Of a DNA stretch of 64,000 nucleotides, positions 19,026-29,552 are shown one piece after another. The first letter of the stretch is position 1. Each line of letters opens with the position of its first letter. Made by a program: the position numbers and the translations under genes. A model generated the notes under the pieces. It was not told where the DNA came from. It did not search any database and worked only from the letters and a program-made list of their open reading frames with translations. Location: assembly GCA_963725665.1 (NCBI GenBank), contig CAVRZA010000006.1:128001-192000 (forward strand). Direction: 5' to 3'. The stretch is from an uncultured Actinomycetes bacterium. GTDB taxonomy: Bacteria > Actinomycetota > Thermoleophilia > UBA2241.

Positions 19026-19930
19026 GCGCTCGCGTCGACGCCGTCGTCCGGCGTCTGTGCCATCCGCTCGAGTACCTCGTAGACCGCCGCCGGATCGTGT
19101 TCGGCGTGGCCCGACGCCATGGCCGCGGTGTAGAAGGGCAGCGTCGCCGAGAACAGCGGCGCGGGACAGCCGGCCCCGACCAGTGCCTCACAGATGAGCC
19201 TCAGGTCCTTCTGAAAGACTCTGTTGGTGATCGTCGCCTCGTCCCAAGTGCGCTCGACCATGGAGGGGCCGCGAACCTGGAACATGCGCGAGCTCCCGGC
19301 GCCATCGCCAATCACTCCCACGAGCATCGCTGCGTCGAGCCCGGAGCGCACACCGAGCAGGATGGCTTCCGCTGCCGCCACGTTGTGGATCGCCACCAAG
19401 TGGTTGGCCACCAGCTTCATCTTCGTCCCGTTGCCGAATTCGCCGAGGTCGTGGTGCGCGCGCGAGAACGCCGCCATGATGGGCGCGACCTCCCTGATGG
19501 CCGCGGAGTCTCCGCTGGCGAACACCACCAGATCCGCGCTTCTCGCCTGCGCGCCGGTGCCGGACAGGGGGGCATCGAGCATGACGACGCCGTGATCGGC
19601 GAGAACCTCTCGCGCCTTCTGCTTCGCGACCACAGGCAGGGTGCTCGTCTCAAGCACGATCGCGCCTGCCGAGCAGCTCGCGGCCAGGTCGGAGCAGACC
19701 GCCTCCAACGCGCCGTCCGACGGCAGAGACAGGATGATGAAGCGGCACCTCATCCCCACTTCGCCGGCGTCGGCAGCCGCGATTCCCCCGGCGTGGATCA
19801 GTTGCTCTCGGTACTCAGCGACGAGGTCCGTCCCAACGACATCGAAGCCGGCCTTGACCAGATTGGACGCCATCGCTGATCCCATGTTGCCAAGCCCGAC
19901 CACGCCGACCGTGCCCGAAGTGGCTGACAT
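19022..19930 (-). CDS. NAD(P)-dependent oxidoreductase, 3-hydroxyisobutyrate dehydrogenase family
   Basis: GLGNMG, ETST, DAPLSG, KLVAN, FQKDL. Confidence 0.9.
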   Translation of the reverse strand: MSATSGTVGVVGLGNMGSAMASNLVKAGFDVVGTDLVAEYREQLIHAGGIAAADAGEVGMRCRFIILSLPSDGALEAVCSDLAASCSAGAIVLETSTLPVVAKQKAREVLADHGVVMLDAPLSGTGAQARSADLVVFASGDSAAIREVAPIMAAFSRAHHDLGEFGNGTKMKLVANHLVAIHNVAAAEAILLGVRSGLDAAMLVGVIGDGAGSSRMFQVRGPSMVERTWDEATITNRVFQKDLRLICEALVGAGCPAPLFSATLPFYTAAMASGHAEHDPAAVYEVLERMAQTPDDGVDASA

Positions 19931-20132
19931 CTGCCTCTCCCTCATTCGCGCTTCAATCTTTCGCCGCCTCGCATGACGGGCCGCGCCGGCTATCGCACTA
20001 CGGGCCGTCTGTGAGCCGGCAGGAACACCGCTCCGGAGCACGACCCGAGTCCGGTGCGGCTCCGGGGACCCGGCTCGACACTCCCGCCAAGCGTCTGCCT
20101 GAGGCGTGACATCCCCCATCAGGTGGTCCGCC

Positions 20133-21128
20133 TCAGACCAGCTTCAACAGCCTCTCCGCGTTCCCACCCAGGATCTTGGCTTTGTCCGCGTTCGAGATCA
20201 GGGCGTTATGCTCTACGGATCTCACAGGCTCGGCCGGGCCCATATCGAAGGGGTAGTCGGATCCAATCATGATGTGGTCGGCGCCCACGGTGTCCACGAG
20301 GAACTCGAGCGCGCGTTCGGAGTGAGTGATGCTGTCGAAGTAGAGATGCTTGAAGTACTCGCTCGGCGGCTTGTCGGTCTTGACCTTGGTCTCGGTGCGC
20401 GCCTGATAGCCGTGCTCCCAGCGTCCGACGATGTAGGGCGCCGTGCCACCGCCGTGGCTGAAGCACAGCTTGAGCCTCGGGAACTCCTCGAGCAGGCCGG
20501 AGAACACGACGTCGGCGATGCTCCTGGCCGTGTCCGAGACAAAGCCGACGAGGTTGACCAAGTGGTATACGCGCAGACTGTCTGCCCCGAAAGGGCTGTA
20601 GGGGTGTACGAAGACGAAGGCGCCAAGATCTTCCACGGCCGCCCAGAAGGGCCGCAGGCTGGGGTCGCCGAGGTAGACACCCTGGATGTTGGTACCGATC
20701 TCGACACCGGGCATCTGCAGGTCGCGGACCGCCCTCTCGAGCTCCTTCACCGCGAGATCGACGTCCTGCAGCGGCACGACGCCCAATCCGGCCAGCCGCG
20801 TGGGGTACAGGGCCACCGCACCGGCGATGGCGTCGTTCTGTACCTGACACGCGTAGAGCCCCGTCTTGCCGTCGAGGTGGTACAGGAACAGGGGTGGCAC
20901 CGGCGACACGGCCATGAGGTCGACCTTGGTGGCATCGAGGTTCTCAATGACCCTGGGCCAGTCCACGGCTTCCTTCGGGATCGGCCCTTCGTTCATTCCG
21001 TTGGTCCGCATCATCTGCCGGCCATCGGCCTCGCGCCAGATCTCGGGCCTCCAGCTCTCGTCATGAGATGACGATCGCAGGATCTCCTCGACCACGATAT
21101 GTCCGTGCACATCTATGTTCACAGTCAC
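20133..21128 (-). CDS. Amidohydrolase_2 family protein (ACMSD-like)
   Basis: IDVHGH, VPLQD, VFVHP, SHGGG, YFDS, GSDYPFDM, GGNA. Confidence 0.92.
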   Translation of the reverse strand: MTVNIDVHGHIVVEEILRSSSHDESWRPEIWREADGRQMMRTNGMNEGPIPKEAVDWPRVIENLDATKVDLMAVSPVPPLFLYHLDGKTGLYACQVQNDAIAGAVALYPTRLAGLGVVPLQDVDLAVKELERAVRDLQMPGVEIGTNIQGVYLGDPSLRPFWAAVEDLGAFVFVHPYSPFGADSLRVYHLVNLVGFVSDTARSIADVVFSGLLEEFPRLKLCFSHGGGTAPYIVGRWEHGYQARTETKVKTDKPPSEYFKHLYFDSITHSERALEFLVDTVGADHIMIGSDYPFDMGPAEPVRSVEHNALISNADKAKILGGNAERLLKLV

Positions 21129-21268
21129 CCACTCCCTACTCAGAAGACGTTTCCCCTGACACCAGACAGAGGGGACCCCTGCTGCTGTCGCGCGCACCAG
21201 ACCGCGGGTGACGGCCGCTCTCGGAGACAGGCCTGCGCCGCACGACCACACCCGGCACTGCGAGAAGA

Positions 21269-22054
21269 CTAGGCGGCCGTCTCTCCCCCCATCGTAAGAT
21301 CCGCTTGGGCCTGGAGATCGAAGAAGTGCGTCGTGAAATCGGCCATGACCTGTGTCACGGCCGGGTTGGTGAACTCGCGAGGCCTGGGCAGGTCGTTGGT
21401 CCAGTCGTCCAGCATCTTGCCGTTCCTGCCGAAGACGAGGATCCGGTCGGCCAGGAGGATGCCCTCGTTCAGGTCGTGGGTGACGAACAGGATCGTCTTG
21501 CGCGTCTCCGACCAGATGCGCCACAACTCGCTGCGCAGGTTCTCGGCGGTGATCTCGTCCAGATGGCTGAACGGCTCGTCCATGAGGAGCACGTCCGGGT
21601 CGATCGCCAGGGCACGCGCGATGCCGGCGCGTTGCTGCATGCCGCCGGAGAGCGCCAAAGGATAGGTCTTGTGCTCCGCCTGCAGCCCCACTACCTCGAG
21701 GTAGCGCTCGGCCGCAGCGCGATACTGCGTCTTGTCAGCGTCGGCCGGCTTCACGAACAGCATGTTGTCCATGACCGTCATCCACGGCAGCAACCGCGGC
21801 GCCTGAAACACATAGCCCACCCGGGCCTCCCCGGCGCCTTCGTGAGCGATCGAGATGTCTCCCGACGTCAGCGGCTCCGTGCCCGCCAGGATGTTGAGGA
21901 GCGTGCTCTTGCCACAGCCTGAAGGACCCACGATGGTGCAGAAGCTCGATTCCGCCACGCCGAAACTGACGTCCTCCAGCACGCGCTTGTCGGGCTTCCC
22001 CCTCCCCGCAGGGAAGTGTTTGGTGAGATTCCTTATGACTATCTTGTCGGACAT
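21269..22054 (-). CDS. ABC transporter ATP-binding protein, NitT/TauT family
   Basis: True start MSDKIV (TAATG overlap). GPSGCGKST, LSGGMQQR, DEPFSHLD. Confidence 0.93.
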   Translation of the reverse strand: MSDKIVIRNLTKHFPAGRGKPDKRVLEDVSFGVAESSFCTIVGPSGCGKSTLLNILAGTEPLTSGDISIAHEGAGEARVGYVFQAPRLLPWMTVMDNMLFVKPADADKTQYRAAAERYLEVVGLQAEHKTYPLALSGGMQQRAGIARALAIDPDVLLMDEPFSHLDEITAENLRSELWRIWSETRKTILFVTHDLNEGILLADRILVFGRNGKMLDDWTNDLPRPREFTNPAVTQVMADFTTHFFDLQAQADLTMGGETAA

Positions 22055-22894
22055 TACCTCAGGTCCCCAATCTTTGGACGCCAACGGAACGTGTGCTTCT
22101 CGAAGGTGGAAAAGACCGCCAGCTCGAACACCATCATGACGGCGGCGAACGTGATGATCCAGACGAAGACCCCGGCCAGCGAGCTGCGCTCGTACTGGCC
22201 CTCGATCTCCCAACCCATCCCCGAGCTCGCCCCGAAGATCTCCAGGATCGCGATGGTCTTCCACACCATGGCGAAGGCCTGCCGTGCTGAGGCGAAGATG
22301 AACGGCATCATCGAAGGCATCATGATCTTGCGCAAGATCACCAGCTTCGGCAGCCGGTACACGCGGGCCATGCGCAGCATGTCGCGATCGACGGCCGCCA
22401 CGCCTTCGTAGACGTTCACCGCCGTGAAGGGGAAGGCGACGGCGGCTCCCGCCACGATCGGCGCCATGAGCGAGCCGCCGAACCAGAGCACTGCGAGCAA
22501 GGCCCAGATCACCAGCGGCAAGGCCATGAAGAACAGCACCAAGTCGCGCAGGATCCCGTTGAAGACCCTCCCCGACGCCATGAGAATGCCGATCGGTATG
22601 CCGATCGCCATCGCCACAGCCCACGCGGCGATGATGCGCAGCATCGTGATGCCGATCGGCCTGAAGCGGGTTGTCGTTCACGGCGATGTGCTTCGCCTCA
22701 CGCAGCACGTCCGCAGGTCCGGGAATGACGTCAGCCGGCAGCAACGCAGCGGCGATCAGCCAGCCCGCGAGAAGGGCCAGCACGGACGCCACTTTGGGCT
22801 GGAGCACGGTCTTGAACAGGATCTTCTTCCACGGTGGGTCCTCGGGCTGCACGCCGATACTGACGTCACCGAACTGATGCGCTTCAGAGTACAT
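22054..22894 (-). CDS. ABC permease, NitT/TauT family, frameshift near 22667
   Basis: N-terminus (MYSEAH...IPGPADV) in one frame, remainder (MLRIIAAW...EIFGASSGMG) in ORF 22054-22644. Confidence 0.85.
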
Positions 22895-22951
22895 CGCGCC
22901 TCGCTCCCCGCGGGTGTTCGCCGATGGAGCCCACTCGGGACGATCTCACCA

Positions 22952-23851
22952 TCAGATGACCTCTTCGATCTCGGGGCGCCATCTCAACATGTACTTGCGG
23001 AACGGCCGGATGATGGCGTACTCGATCGCCACAATGACGAGTGCGAACCAGACCACCCAAGCCAGCATCATGGCGCTGTCGAAGAACTCGAAGCCGGTGC
23101 GGATCATGAAGCCGATCCCGGTGCTGGCTCCGAACAGCTCGGCGATGGTCACCATCTTCCAGCTGTTGGCGAAGTTCTGACGCACCGCGCCCACGAGGTA
23201 AGGCGTCAGCGACGGCAGGACGATCCTCCGGATCATCGCGCCACGCTGGACCTTGAAGGCACGCCCCATGTCCAGCAGCTCCCTGTCGATGTTCTTCACG
23301 CCCTCGAACACGTTGACCGCGACGTAGGGGAAGATGATGAAGACCACGGCGATGAACACCGCGGTCTCGTTGATGCCGAACCAGAGCACGCAGAGCATCG
23401 CCCAGACGATGCCCGGCATCGAGAGGGCCATGTACACCCAGTTGCGGGTGAAGCTCTCCCAGTAGCTGTTGATGCCCATCACGATGCCGAGGGCAGTGCC
23501 GATCACCATCGCCCCGATCAAGGCATACACGGTGCGCTGCAGGGTCGCCGTGAGCTGTGGCCAGAGGTCGCCGCTGCTCAGGATCTGCCACATCTCCTCC
23601 CACACCGCTTGAGGCGTGGGGAAGACGTACTTCGGCGTGAACAGCGTGATCACAAACCACGCAATCAGGACGACGACGACCGCGCCAAGGTGGATCAGTA
23701 CGCGGCCCCACGGGCCCCACGTCCCTTCGCGCGGCGCCTTCACCTTGGAGGCGGCGGTGAGCGCGGTCATGACCGGAGCTGGAGCTTCCAGCTCTTCTTC
23801 CAAGATAGAAGCTTTGTCGGCTTCCGTCATAGAGGCTTTGTCGGCTGCCAT
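22952..23851 (-). CDS. ABC permease, NitT/TauT family
   Basis: FPTPQAV, GIVMG, IDRELLDMGRAF, ELFGASTGIG; AGGAGG RBS. Confidence 0.92.
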   Translation of the reverse strand: MAADKASMTEADKASILEEELEAPAPVMTALTAASKVKAPREGTWGPWGRVLIHLGAVVVVLIAWFVITLFTPKYVFPTPQAVWEEMWQILSSGDLWPQLTATLQRTVYALIGAMVIGTALGIVMGINSYWESFTRNWVYMALSMPGIVWAMLCVLWFGINETAVFIAVVFIIFPYVAVNVFEGVKNIDRELLDMGRAFKVQRGAMIRRIVLPSLTPYLVGAVRQNFANSWKMVTIAELFGASTGIGFMIRTGFEFFDSAMMLAWVVWFALVIVAIEYAIIRPFRKYMLRWRPEIEEVI

Positions 23852-23974
23852 CCGCTACCTCCTTCGCGGCGTCGTGTCGGTCACTTTCGGCGGCGACGGA
23901 GCGCCGGTGTGGCCGCCACGGTGCGTCCCCAAAAGGCGCCCGGGAAGGCGTGCGTCGCCACGGTCGATACCGGT

Positions 23975-24026
23975 CGGCAGCAGAAGTCGTGAGATCCTGC
24001 GACCGTCGTCACGACTTCTGCTGCCG
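23975..24026. terminator. 18-bp perfect inverted repeat between SBP and permease (stabiliser/attenuator)
   Basis: CGGCAGCAGAAGTCGTGA-N16-TCACGACTTCTGCTGCCG. Confidence 0.7.
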
Positions 24027-24046
24027 CTCTCGGCAGACCGAACCGG

Positions 24047-25259
24047 TCACGCGCTGGGGCTGGGCGCAGGGCTGGAGCTCGTCGGCGGCTGGGCCTCCGG
24101 TGGAGCACCAGCCGGAGACGCCATGGTCTTGAACTGCGGATCGGGCGTGCTCTCCTTGACGAACCCTTGCTCCTTCAGAAGGGTGAACACGGCCTTCTCG
24201 TTCTGTGCCCAAGTCGGGTCGATGTAGACCGTCCTCACGCACTGATCGTGCATCTGGTCGTCCTCGTTCAGGTAGTTCAGGAACCACTTGACCTCGGCAT
24301 CGTTGGTCGTCGTGAACAGGTCGGGGTAGGCCCGGATGATCGACTCCTTGTCGCCATACCACGCGTTGACGCCCTCCTGCCACATGAGGTTGAACCCCTC
24401 CGCGGCCTTCGGGTTCTCGTCCAGCCACTCCGGGGTGGTCACCCACAGGTTGCAGGCGACCTGGCGCACCGCCGTCGGGTCGAGGTACGTCTGATACCAC
24501 TCGTAGCCTGTGGGCTGCTCGGGATAGAGCCAGCGGTGCTCGCCGGATTTCACGTAGGGAATCTCGAAGTCGATGAGGCCAAAGGAGGCCTCAGCGTCAC
24601 CCTTCGACAACGCGGCCGGCATCGCGGGGAACTCCTGCACGTTCACCTTGTAGTCGCCGCCGCCGAGGCGCAGGTCGACACCGTACTTCTTCTTGAACAT
24701 CGCCGCGTACATGAGCATCGAGGCGCCGGTCCCCGCAGTGGAGATCCTCTTGCCGACGAGGTCCTCCATCGTCTTGTACGGCGAATCGCTCCTCACGAAG
24801 ATCGGAGTCGCGCATCAGGTTGTAGACACCGAAACTGACGAACTCCCTGCCCGCGTTCTCGGCCACGAAGGGGACCTCATAGGTGCCCATCGAGGCGATG
24901 TCGGCGTGACCGCCCACGAACCACGCAGTCTCGTCCCAGGTCGTCGTGTTGACGATCTTGAAGTTGTACCTCTCTTCCCACTTCGCCACGATCCCCGTGT
25001 CCTTCATGAAGTTCCACACCGGATCGGGGGCGAAGACGAAACGCACCACCGTCGGCTCGGCCGCCCGCAGCACCGGAGGCTGCGCGAGCCGCTGGTACTG
25101 CTGCTGCCACAACTCGCGACCACGGTCGGCAGGGCGCCCGCGAGGCCGATGGCCCCGGCGGCGAGCCCCGCTTTCGCCAGGAAGGTACGGCGCGTGATCC
25201 CAGCGGAGGCACCGCCGGCGAGGTCGGCCTTCACGTCACTATGCGTCACTCTGTCCCAT
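24047..25259 (-). CDS. ABC substrate-binding Tat lipoprotein, about 3 frameshifts
   Basis: GGGGAGA RBS then MGQ; ITRRTFLAK, VASC; RFVFAPDPVW...DETAWFVGGHADIAS; SPYKTMEDLVGK. Pieces lie in ORFs 25004-25327, 24597-25112 and 24047-24796. Confidence 0.8.
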
Positions 25260-25470
25260 TGTCTCCCCCTAGCCTCGGAACCGACGGACTCGTCGGCCCG
25301 TATCAGCGGGCGTTGCCGGTAGCGCACACCGCCTCAGCACGGCGGCCGCCTGACTGGTGCAGCCCAAGCCGAATCATCACCACGCGCCTGCGGACTGCCG
25401 CCGGCGCTTGGCAGGGGCCGCCCATTCGCGGCAGCCCCTGCGCTTGCCTACTGCACTCCCCTCCAGAGCA

Positions 25471-26690
25471 TCAGACGGGTGAGGGCGGCGATTCCGAGGG
25501 CGGCAGAGCCTTCGTGGGGGCATCGGCCGGCGAGGCCATGATCTTCCACGCCGTGTGCGGCGCCTCCGGCGGGATGGTGCCGGTCTGCTTGCAGAGGTCG
25601 ACGACCTTGCGTCTCCTTCTCCGTCCAGGTCTGGTCCATGTAGACCGTCTTGCACGCAGGAGTCGTGGTTCTCGAGGTAGCTCAGGAACCACTGCAGTTC
25701 CTTGTCGTTCTTGACGGTGTAGAGGTCGGGGTACGCCATGATGCTGGCCTGCTTGTCGGCCCAGTACTCGTTGACACCCACCTGCCACATCATGTTGAAC
25801 CCTTCGGCACAGCTTGGGATTCTTGTCCACCCAGTCCTTCTGCCCCACGAAGAGGTTCATCATCACGCCGACGTGCTGCTTGGTGGGGTCGAAGTTCTCG
25901 CGGTAGAACTCCCACCCAGTCGGCTGGTCGGGCCAGAGCCAGCGGTGCGTACCGTTGACCATGTAGGGGATCTCGTAGTCGATGAGGCCGACGCAGGCGT
26001 CGATGTCGCCCTTGTCCAGCGAGGTCGGCATGGCGTCGAACTCCTGCACGTTGCACTTGAAGTCGCCGCCGCCGAGCTTCAGGTCCAGGTTGTACTTCTT
26101 GAGGATCATGGCCCGCCACATGATCGCGTCGGCGCCGCCGCCGCTCACGGCGATCCTCTTGCCCTTGAGGTCCTCGATGGTCTTGTACGGGGAGTCGGCC
26201 TTCACGAAGATGGTGTTGCGCATCATGTTGTACTGGCCGAACGCGACGAACTCCTTGCCGGAGTTCAACTCGATGGTCGGCGTCTCGTAGCTGGCCAGTC
26301 GACGCGATGTCCGCGTGGCCACCGATGAACCAGGCGGTCTCGTCCCAGGTCGTCGTGTTGACGATCTTCATGTTGTACTTCTCTTCGTACCGGGCGACGA
26401 TGCCGGTGTCCTTCATGTAGTTCCAGATGGGGTCCGGCGCGAAGACGAAGCGGACGATCGCCGCCTCCCCGGCGGTGACCGGGCGACGCGGGACTGCGGT
26501 GCTGCTGCTGCTGCTCCCGCAGCTCGCGGCGACCGCCGGCAGGGCGCCCGCGAGGCCGATCCCCGCCGCCGCCAGGCCTGCCTTGGCGATGAAGCTGCGG
26601 CGAGTCAGGCCGGTCTCCGTACCCGTCGCCGCTCGTGATCTCGGGTCGCGCGTCAGTGGGCGTATCGTGCGGTTTCTCGTGCTGTCCCAT
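25471..26690 (-). CDS. ABC substrate-binding Tat lipoprotein, 4-5 frameshifts; tandem paralog
   Basis: GGGGAGAG RBS then MGQ; LTRRSFIAK, AASC; same motifs as neighbour. Pieces lie in ORFs 25790-26728, 25471-26322, 25377-25793 and 25448-25639. Confidence 0.8.
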
Positions 26691-26807
26691 GCGACTCTCC
26701 CCCTGCTCTCCATGGTTCCTTGATTCACCGGACGAGTGGGCGCGACCTAGCGTGCGCTCCCATCCGCTGACTGCCGTGAGGCGGCCGCGAGCCCCAATAA
26801 CGTCGAC

Positions 26808-26813
26808 ATTATA
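26808..26813 (-). promoter_or_regulatory. Candidate -10 element (TATAAT) for the second ABC operon
   Basis: Perfect TATAAT about 120 bp upstream of the SBP start in GC-rich DNA; no canonical -35. Confidence 0.45.
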
Positions 26814-26876
26814 GCCAAGCGAGCCAAGGTCCGCTTGTACAAAAAGGCACAACCTCCGTCGGCGTTGGCGGCCTAC

Positions 26877-28022
26877 TCATACCTCCACCCATATCCCTTC
26901 ACGGCTCGAGCGCTGCGCGGCACCGGTGATCTTCGCGACCGCGAGCCCGTCGGCGAAGGAGGCGCTCGCCATGCGCTCTTCGGCGATGGCGGCAAGGAAG
27001 TTCTTGAGCTCGATGACCATGCCATCCGAGTAGCCCATGCCCATGCCGGCAAGGTGGATGAAGGCTCTGGCCTCCGGGAAGGCCGGCCCCATCAGCAGCG
27101 TGCAAAAACCCTGCCGGTTGCGAGGACCGGTCGCGTCGTACCATTCGAGCTCGTTCATGCGCTCGCTGTTGTAACGCAGTGAGCCCGTGCTGCCATTGAC
27201 CTCCCAACCGTGGTGGTGTTTGTCGCCCCAGGCCAGCCACGTCGTCTCGATGACTCCGGTCGCTCCCTGCGCAAAGCGCACCAGCATGCCGGTCATGTCG
27301 TCGACGTCCACGGGCCGCCTGGCATCGGTGCCAGGCACAGGGCGCTCCGTTATGTGCGTCTTCGACAGAGCCGAGACGCTGTGGAAATCACCGGCCAGGA
27401 ACCTGGCCATATCGAGGTCGTGGGACCCGAGCGTCCCAAGGGCGCCCGCCCCAGCCTCCTCGGCGCTGAAACGCCAGGCCCAGGGGGACTCCGGCGACGC
27501 CTTGTCGTCGATGGCGAACAGCCCCCGGAAGTGATAGATCTCGCCGAGCTCGCCGGAGTCGATGATCTCTTTGGCGGTCAGGCTCGCAGGCAGATGACGG
27601 TAGTTGAAGCCGATCATATTGACGACGCCGGCGCGATCGACGGCATCCACCATGCGTTTCGCCTCGGCGACGGTGTTGGCCAGCGGCTTCTCACAGAAGA
27701 CGTGCTTGCCGGCGCCCGCCGCGGCCACCGCGACGGCCTCGTGGAAGCGGTTGCCGACGCAGATGTCGACCGCGTCGACCTCCGGGTCGTCGAGCGCGGC
27801 CTGCCAGTCGAGAGCTACCCTTTCGACGTCGAAGCGCTCGGCCGCCCGACGAGCCGCGGGCTCGTCCACGTCGACGACCATCTTCAGGCGTGGCGTGGCC
27901 GGCATGTCGGGGTACATGTCGCGGATGCGGCGATAAATCTGACAGTGGACCTGGCCGATCCACCCGACCCCGATCACCGCTATTCCGATATCGCGTGGAG
28001 TCGGCATCCGATCACTTGTCAC
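26877..28022 (-). CDS. Gfo/Idh/MocA oxidoreductase (levoglucosan/inositol dehydrogenase-like subgroup)
   Basis: IGVGWIG, KHVFCEKP, GFNYR, WRF...AGAGALG..GSH.LD, VDVDD. Confidence 0.92.
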   Translation of the reverse strand: MTSDRMPTPRDIGIAVIGVGWIGQVHCQIYRRIRDMYPDMPATPRLKMVVDVDEPAARRAAERFDVERVALDWQAALDDPEVDAVDICVGNRFHEAVAVAAAGAGKHVFCEKPLANTVAEAKRMVDAVDRAGVVNMIGFNYRHLPASLTAKEIIDSGELGEIYHFRGLFAIDDKASPESPWAWRFSAEEAGAGALGTLGSHDLDMARFLAGDFHSVSALSKTHITERPVPGTDARRPVDVDDMTGMLVRFAQGATGVIETTWLAWGDKHHHGWEVNGSTGSLRYNSERMNELEWYDATGPRNRQGFCTLLMGPAFPEARAFIHLAGMGMGYSDGMVIELKNFLAAIAEERMASASFADGLAVAKITGAAQRSSREGIWVEV

Positions 28023-28409
28023 TCTGTCCGCCGGCCGGCTGAAGAGGTTGTGCAGTGTCTCGCTGCCAAAGCCGAGAGAGGGGTGGGGTGGAGAAGGATT
28101 GCGGGACCGGAGTCATGTCAGAATAGTCCCGGTCGCCTGTGCGGACTGTGTCTTGTACCCCTTCCCACAGCAAGGCGCATGCGGCAGACGCCACACGGTC
28201 GATGTCGCCTCGTCCCAGGTCTCCGGTCCCCCACGTTGCTGGCTCCCCCTGCCGGCGGCCTTCGTCGGCTAACCATAGTCCTTCTGCTCCGGCATACATA
28301 CCCAAGTCGGCCTCGTTGGAGTGTGCCATGCAGAACATCGTGCCGCACAACCACACTACACGAGCGAGGCTACCCGTAGAGTGCGAGTGAACAGAAGCAA
28401 CGTGCACTG

Positions 28410-28441
28410 TCTACTTGACAGCGCACGCCGTGTCAAGTAGA
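28410..28441. promoter_or_regulatory. Palindromic operator containing TTGACA on both strands (divergent promoter)
   Basis: TCTACTTGACA-N10-TGTCAAGTAGA between the divergent Gfo operon and the XRE regulator. Confidence 0.7.
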
Positions 28442-28607
28442 AGACTGCTGCTACTGGGGCACGTATGTTGGCCGTCCGCCCGTGTCCCGCGCAACGCGAG
28501 GGGCCGGGAGTCGATGCCGCTGCTGAAGCAGGACTACATGGAGCTCCACCGAGAAGTGAAGCCGTGCTAAGGAGACCTCAACCGATTTCGGGCACCAAGG
28601 TGACAGA

Positions 28608-29339
28608 GTGAGCGAAACTCCGATCGCCCCACATGGGCGTCGGGCGCAGCAGCGCACCCTGTCGAGCGGCATCGGCGCCCGCGTTGCTGACCGACGCCGC
28701 AGGATGGGACTGCGAGTCGCGGATCTGGCCGGAGTGGTCGGCGTTTCGCCGAGCCTGATCAGCCAGATCGAGCGCGGCCGGACGACTCCATCCGTGGCGA
28801 CGCTCTTCATGCTTGCCAAGGCGCTCTCTGTCTCAGTCGACGATCTCTTCGAGGAAGCGGGTTCGAGCAGTAAGGTCCATCCTCTCGCCCCAGCCGCAGC
28901 GGATGGGCTCCTTGACGAACCCACAGAATGGAACGCCTCGTCGGACTCGACTTCAAGCATTGGCCAGGATCGGTACCTCGTCCGGAGAAGTCATCGGGCG
29001 ACCCTTGACATCAGAGGCGGAATCCAATGGGAACGCTTGACACCGAGAGCTTTCGGCAACGTGGAGTTCCTTGAGCTGGTCTATGGACCCAGGGCAGAGT
29101 CGCATCCGCAACTGTACAGGCATCCAGGGTGGGAGATGGTCGTTGTGCTCTCTGGGCGGCTGGACATCTTCGTAGGCTTCGAGCGTTACGATCTGAGCCT
29201 GGGGGACAGCCTGTGCTTCCCGTCGAGCAGGCCACACCGGTACGTCAATCCGGCTGATGTGACGACCAGGGCGATCTCGGTGATTCTGCCCGACGCAACG
29301 TTCGCCGACGTCCTCGGGGACGACAAGAGCGGGCCGTGA
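28608..29339 (+). CDS. XRE-family HTH transcriptional regulator with cupin domain
   Basis: LAGVVGVSPSLISQIERGRTTPSV; cupin HPGWE...GDSLCFPSSRPHRY.N. Confidence 0.93.
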   Translation: MSETPIAPHGRRAQQRTLSSGIGARVADRRRRMGLRVADLAGVVGVSPSLISQIERGRTTPSVATLFMLAKALSVSVDDLFEEAGSSSKVHPLAPAAADGLLDEPTEWNASSDSTSSIGQDRYLVRRSHRATLDIRGGIQWERLTPRAFGNVEFLELVYGPRAESHPQLYRHPGWEMVVVLSGRLDIFVGFERYDLSLGDSLCFPSSRPHRYVNPADVTTRAISVILPDATFADVLGDDKSGP

Positions 29340-29552
29340 GCCTTCATCTAGCACCAAGAACCAGGGGAGCAGGATAAGTTCGCCGTGGCGCACTGCAAGC
29401 AGGCCCAGGCGGGGTCAAGCGGTGACGGACTGCTCGTCGGGTAAAGTACGCGGTGCGAGTGGGTAACCACCGGGACCCCGACAACCCCAGTCCGCCCACA
29501 CCTCGGACCGAGACGGACAATGGAGAGCCGGCGCGAGACCGAAAGGATGCCC

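Noticed and set aside
21269-22894. Apparent 541-aa permease-ATPase fusion
   Set aside because: Produced by the frameshift near 22667; the ATPase has its own start at 22054.
24047-26690. Programmed frameshifting or phase variation in the SBP genes
   Set aside because: Too many indels, with no slippery heptamers or long simple repeats; error or decay is more parsimonious.
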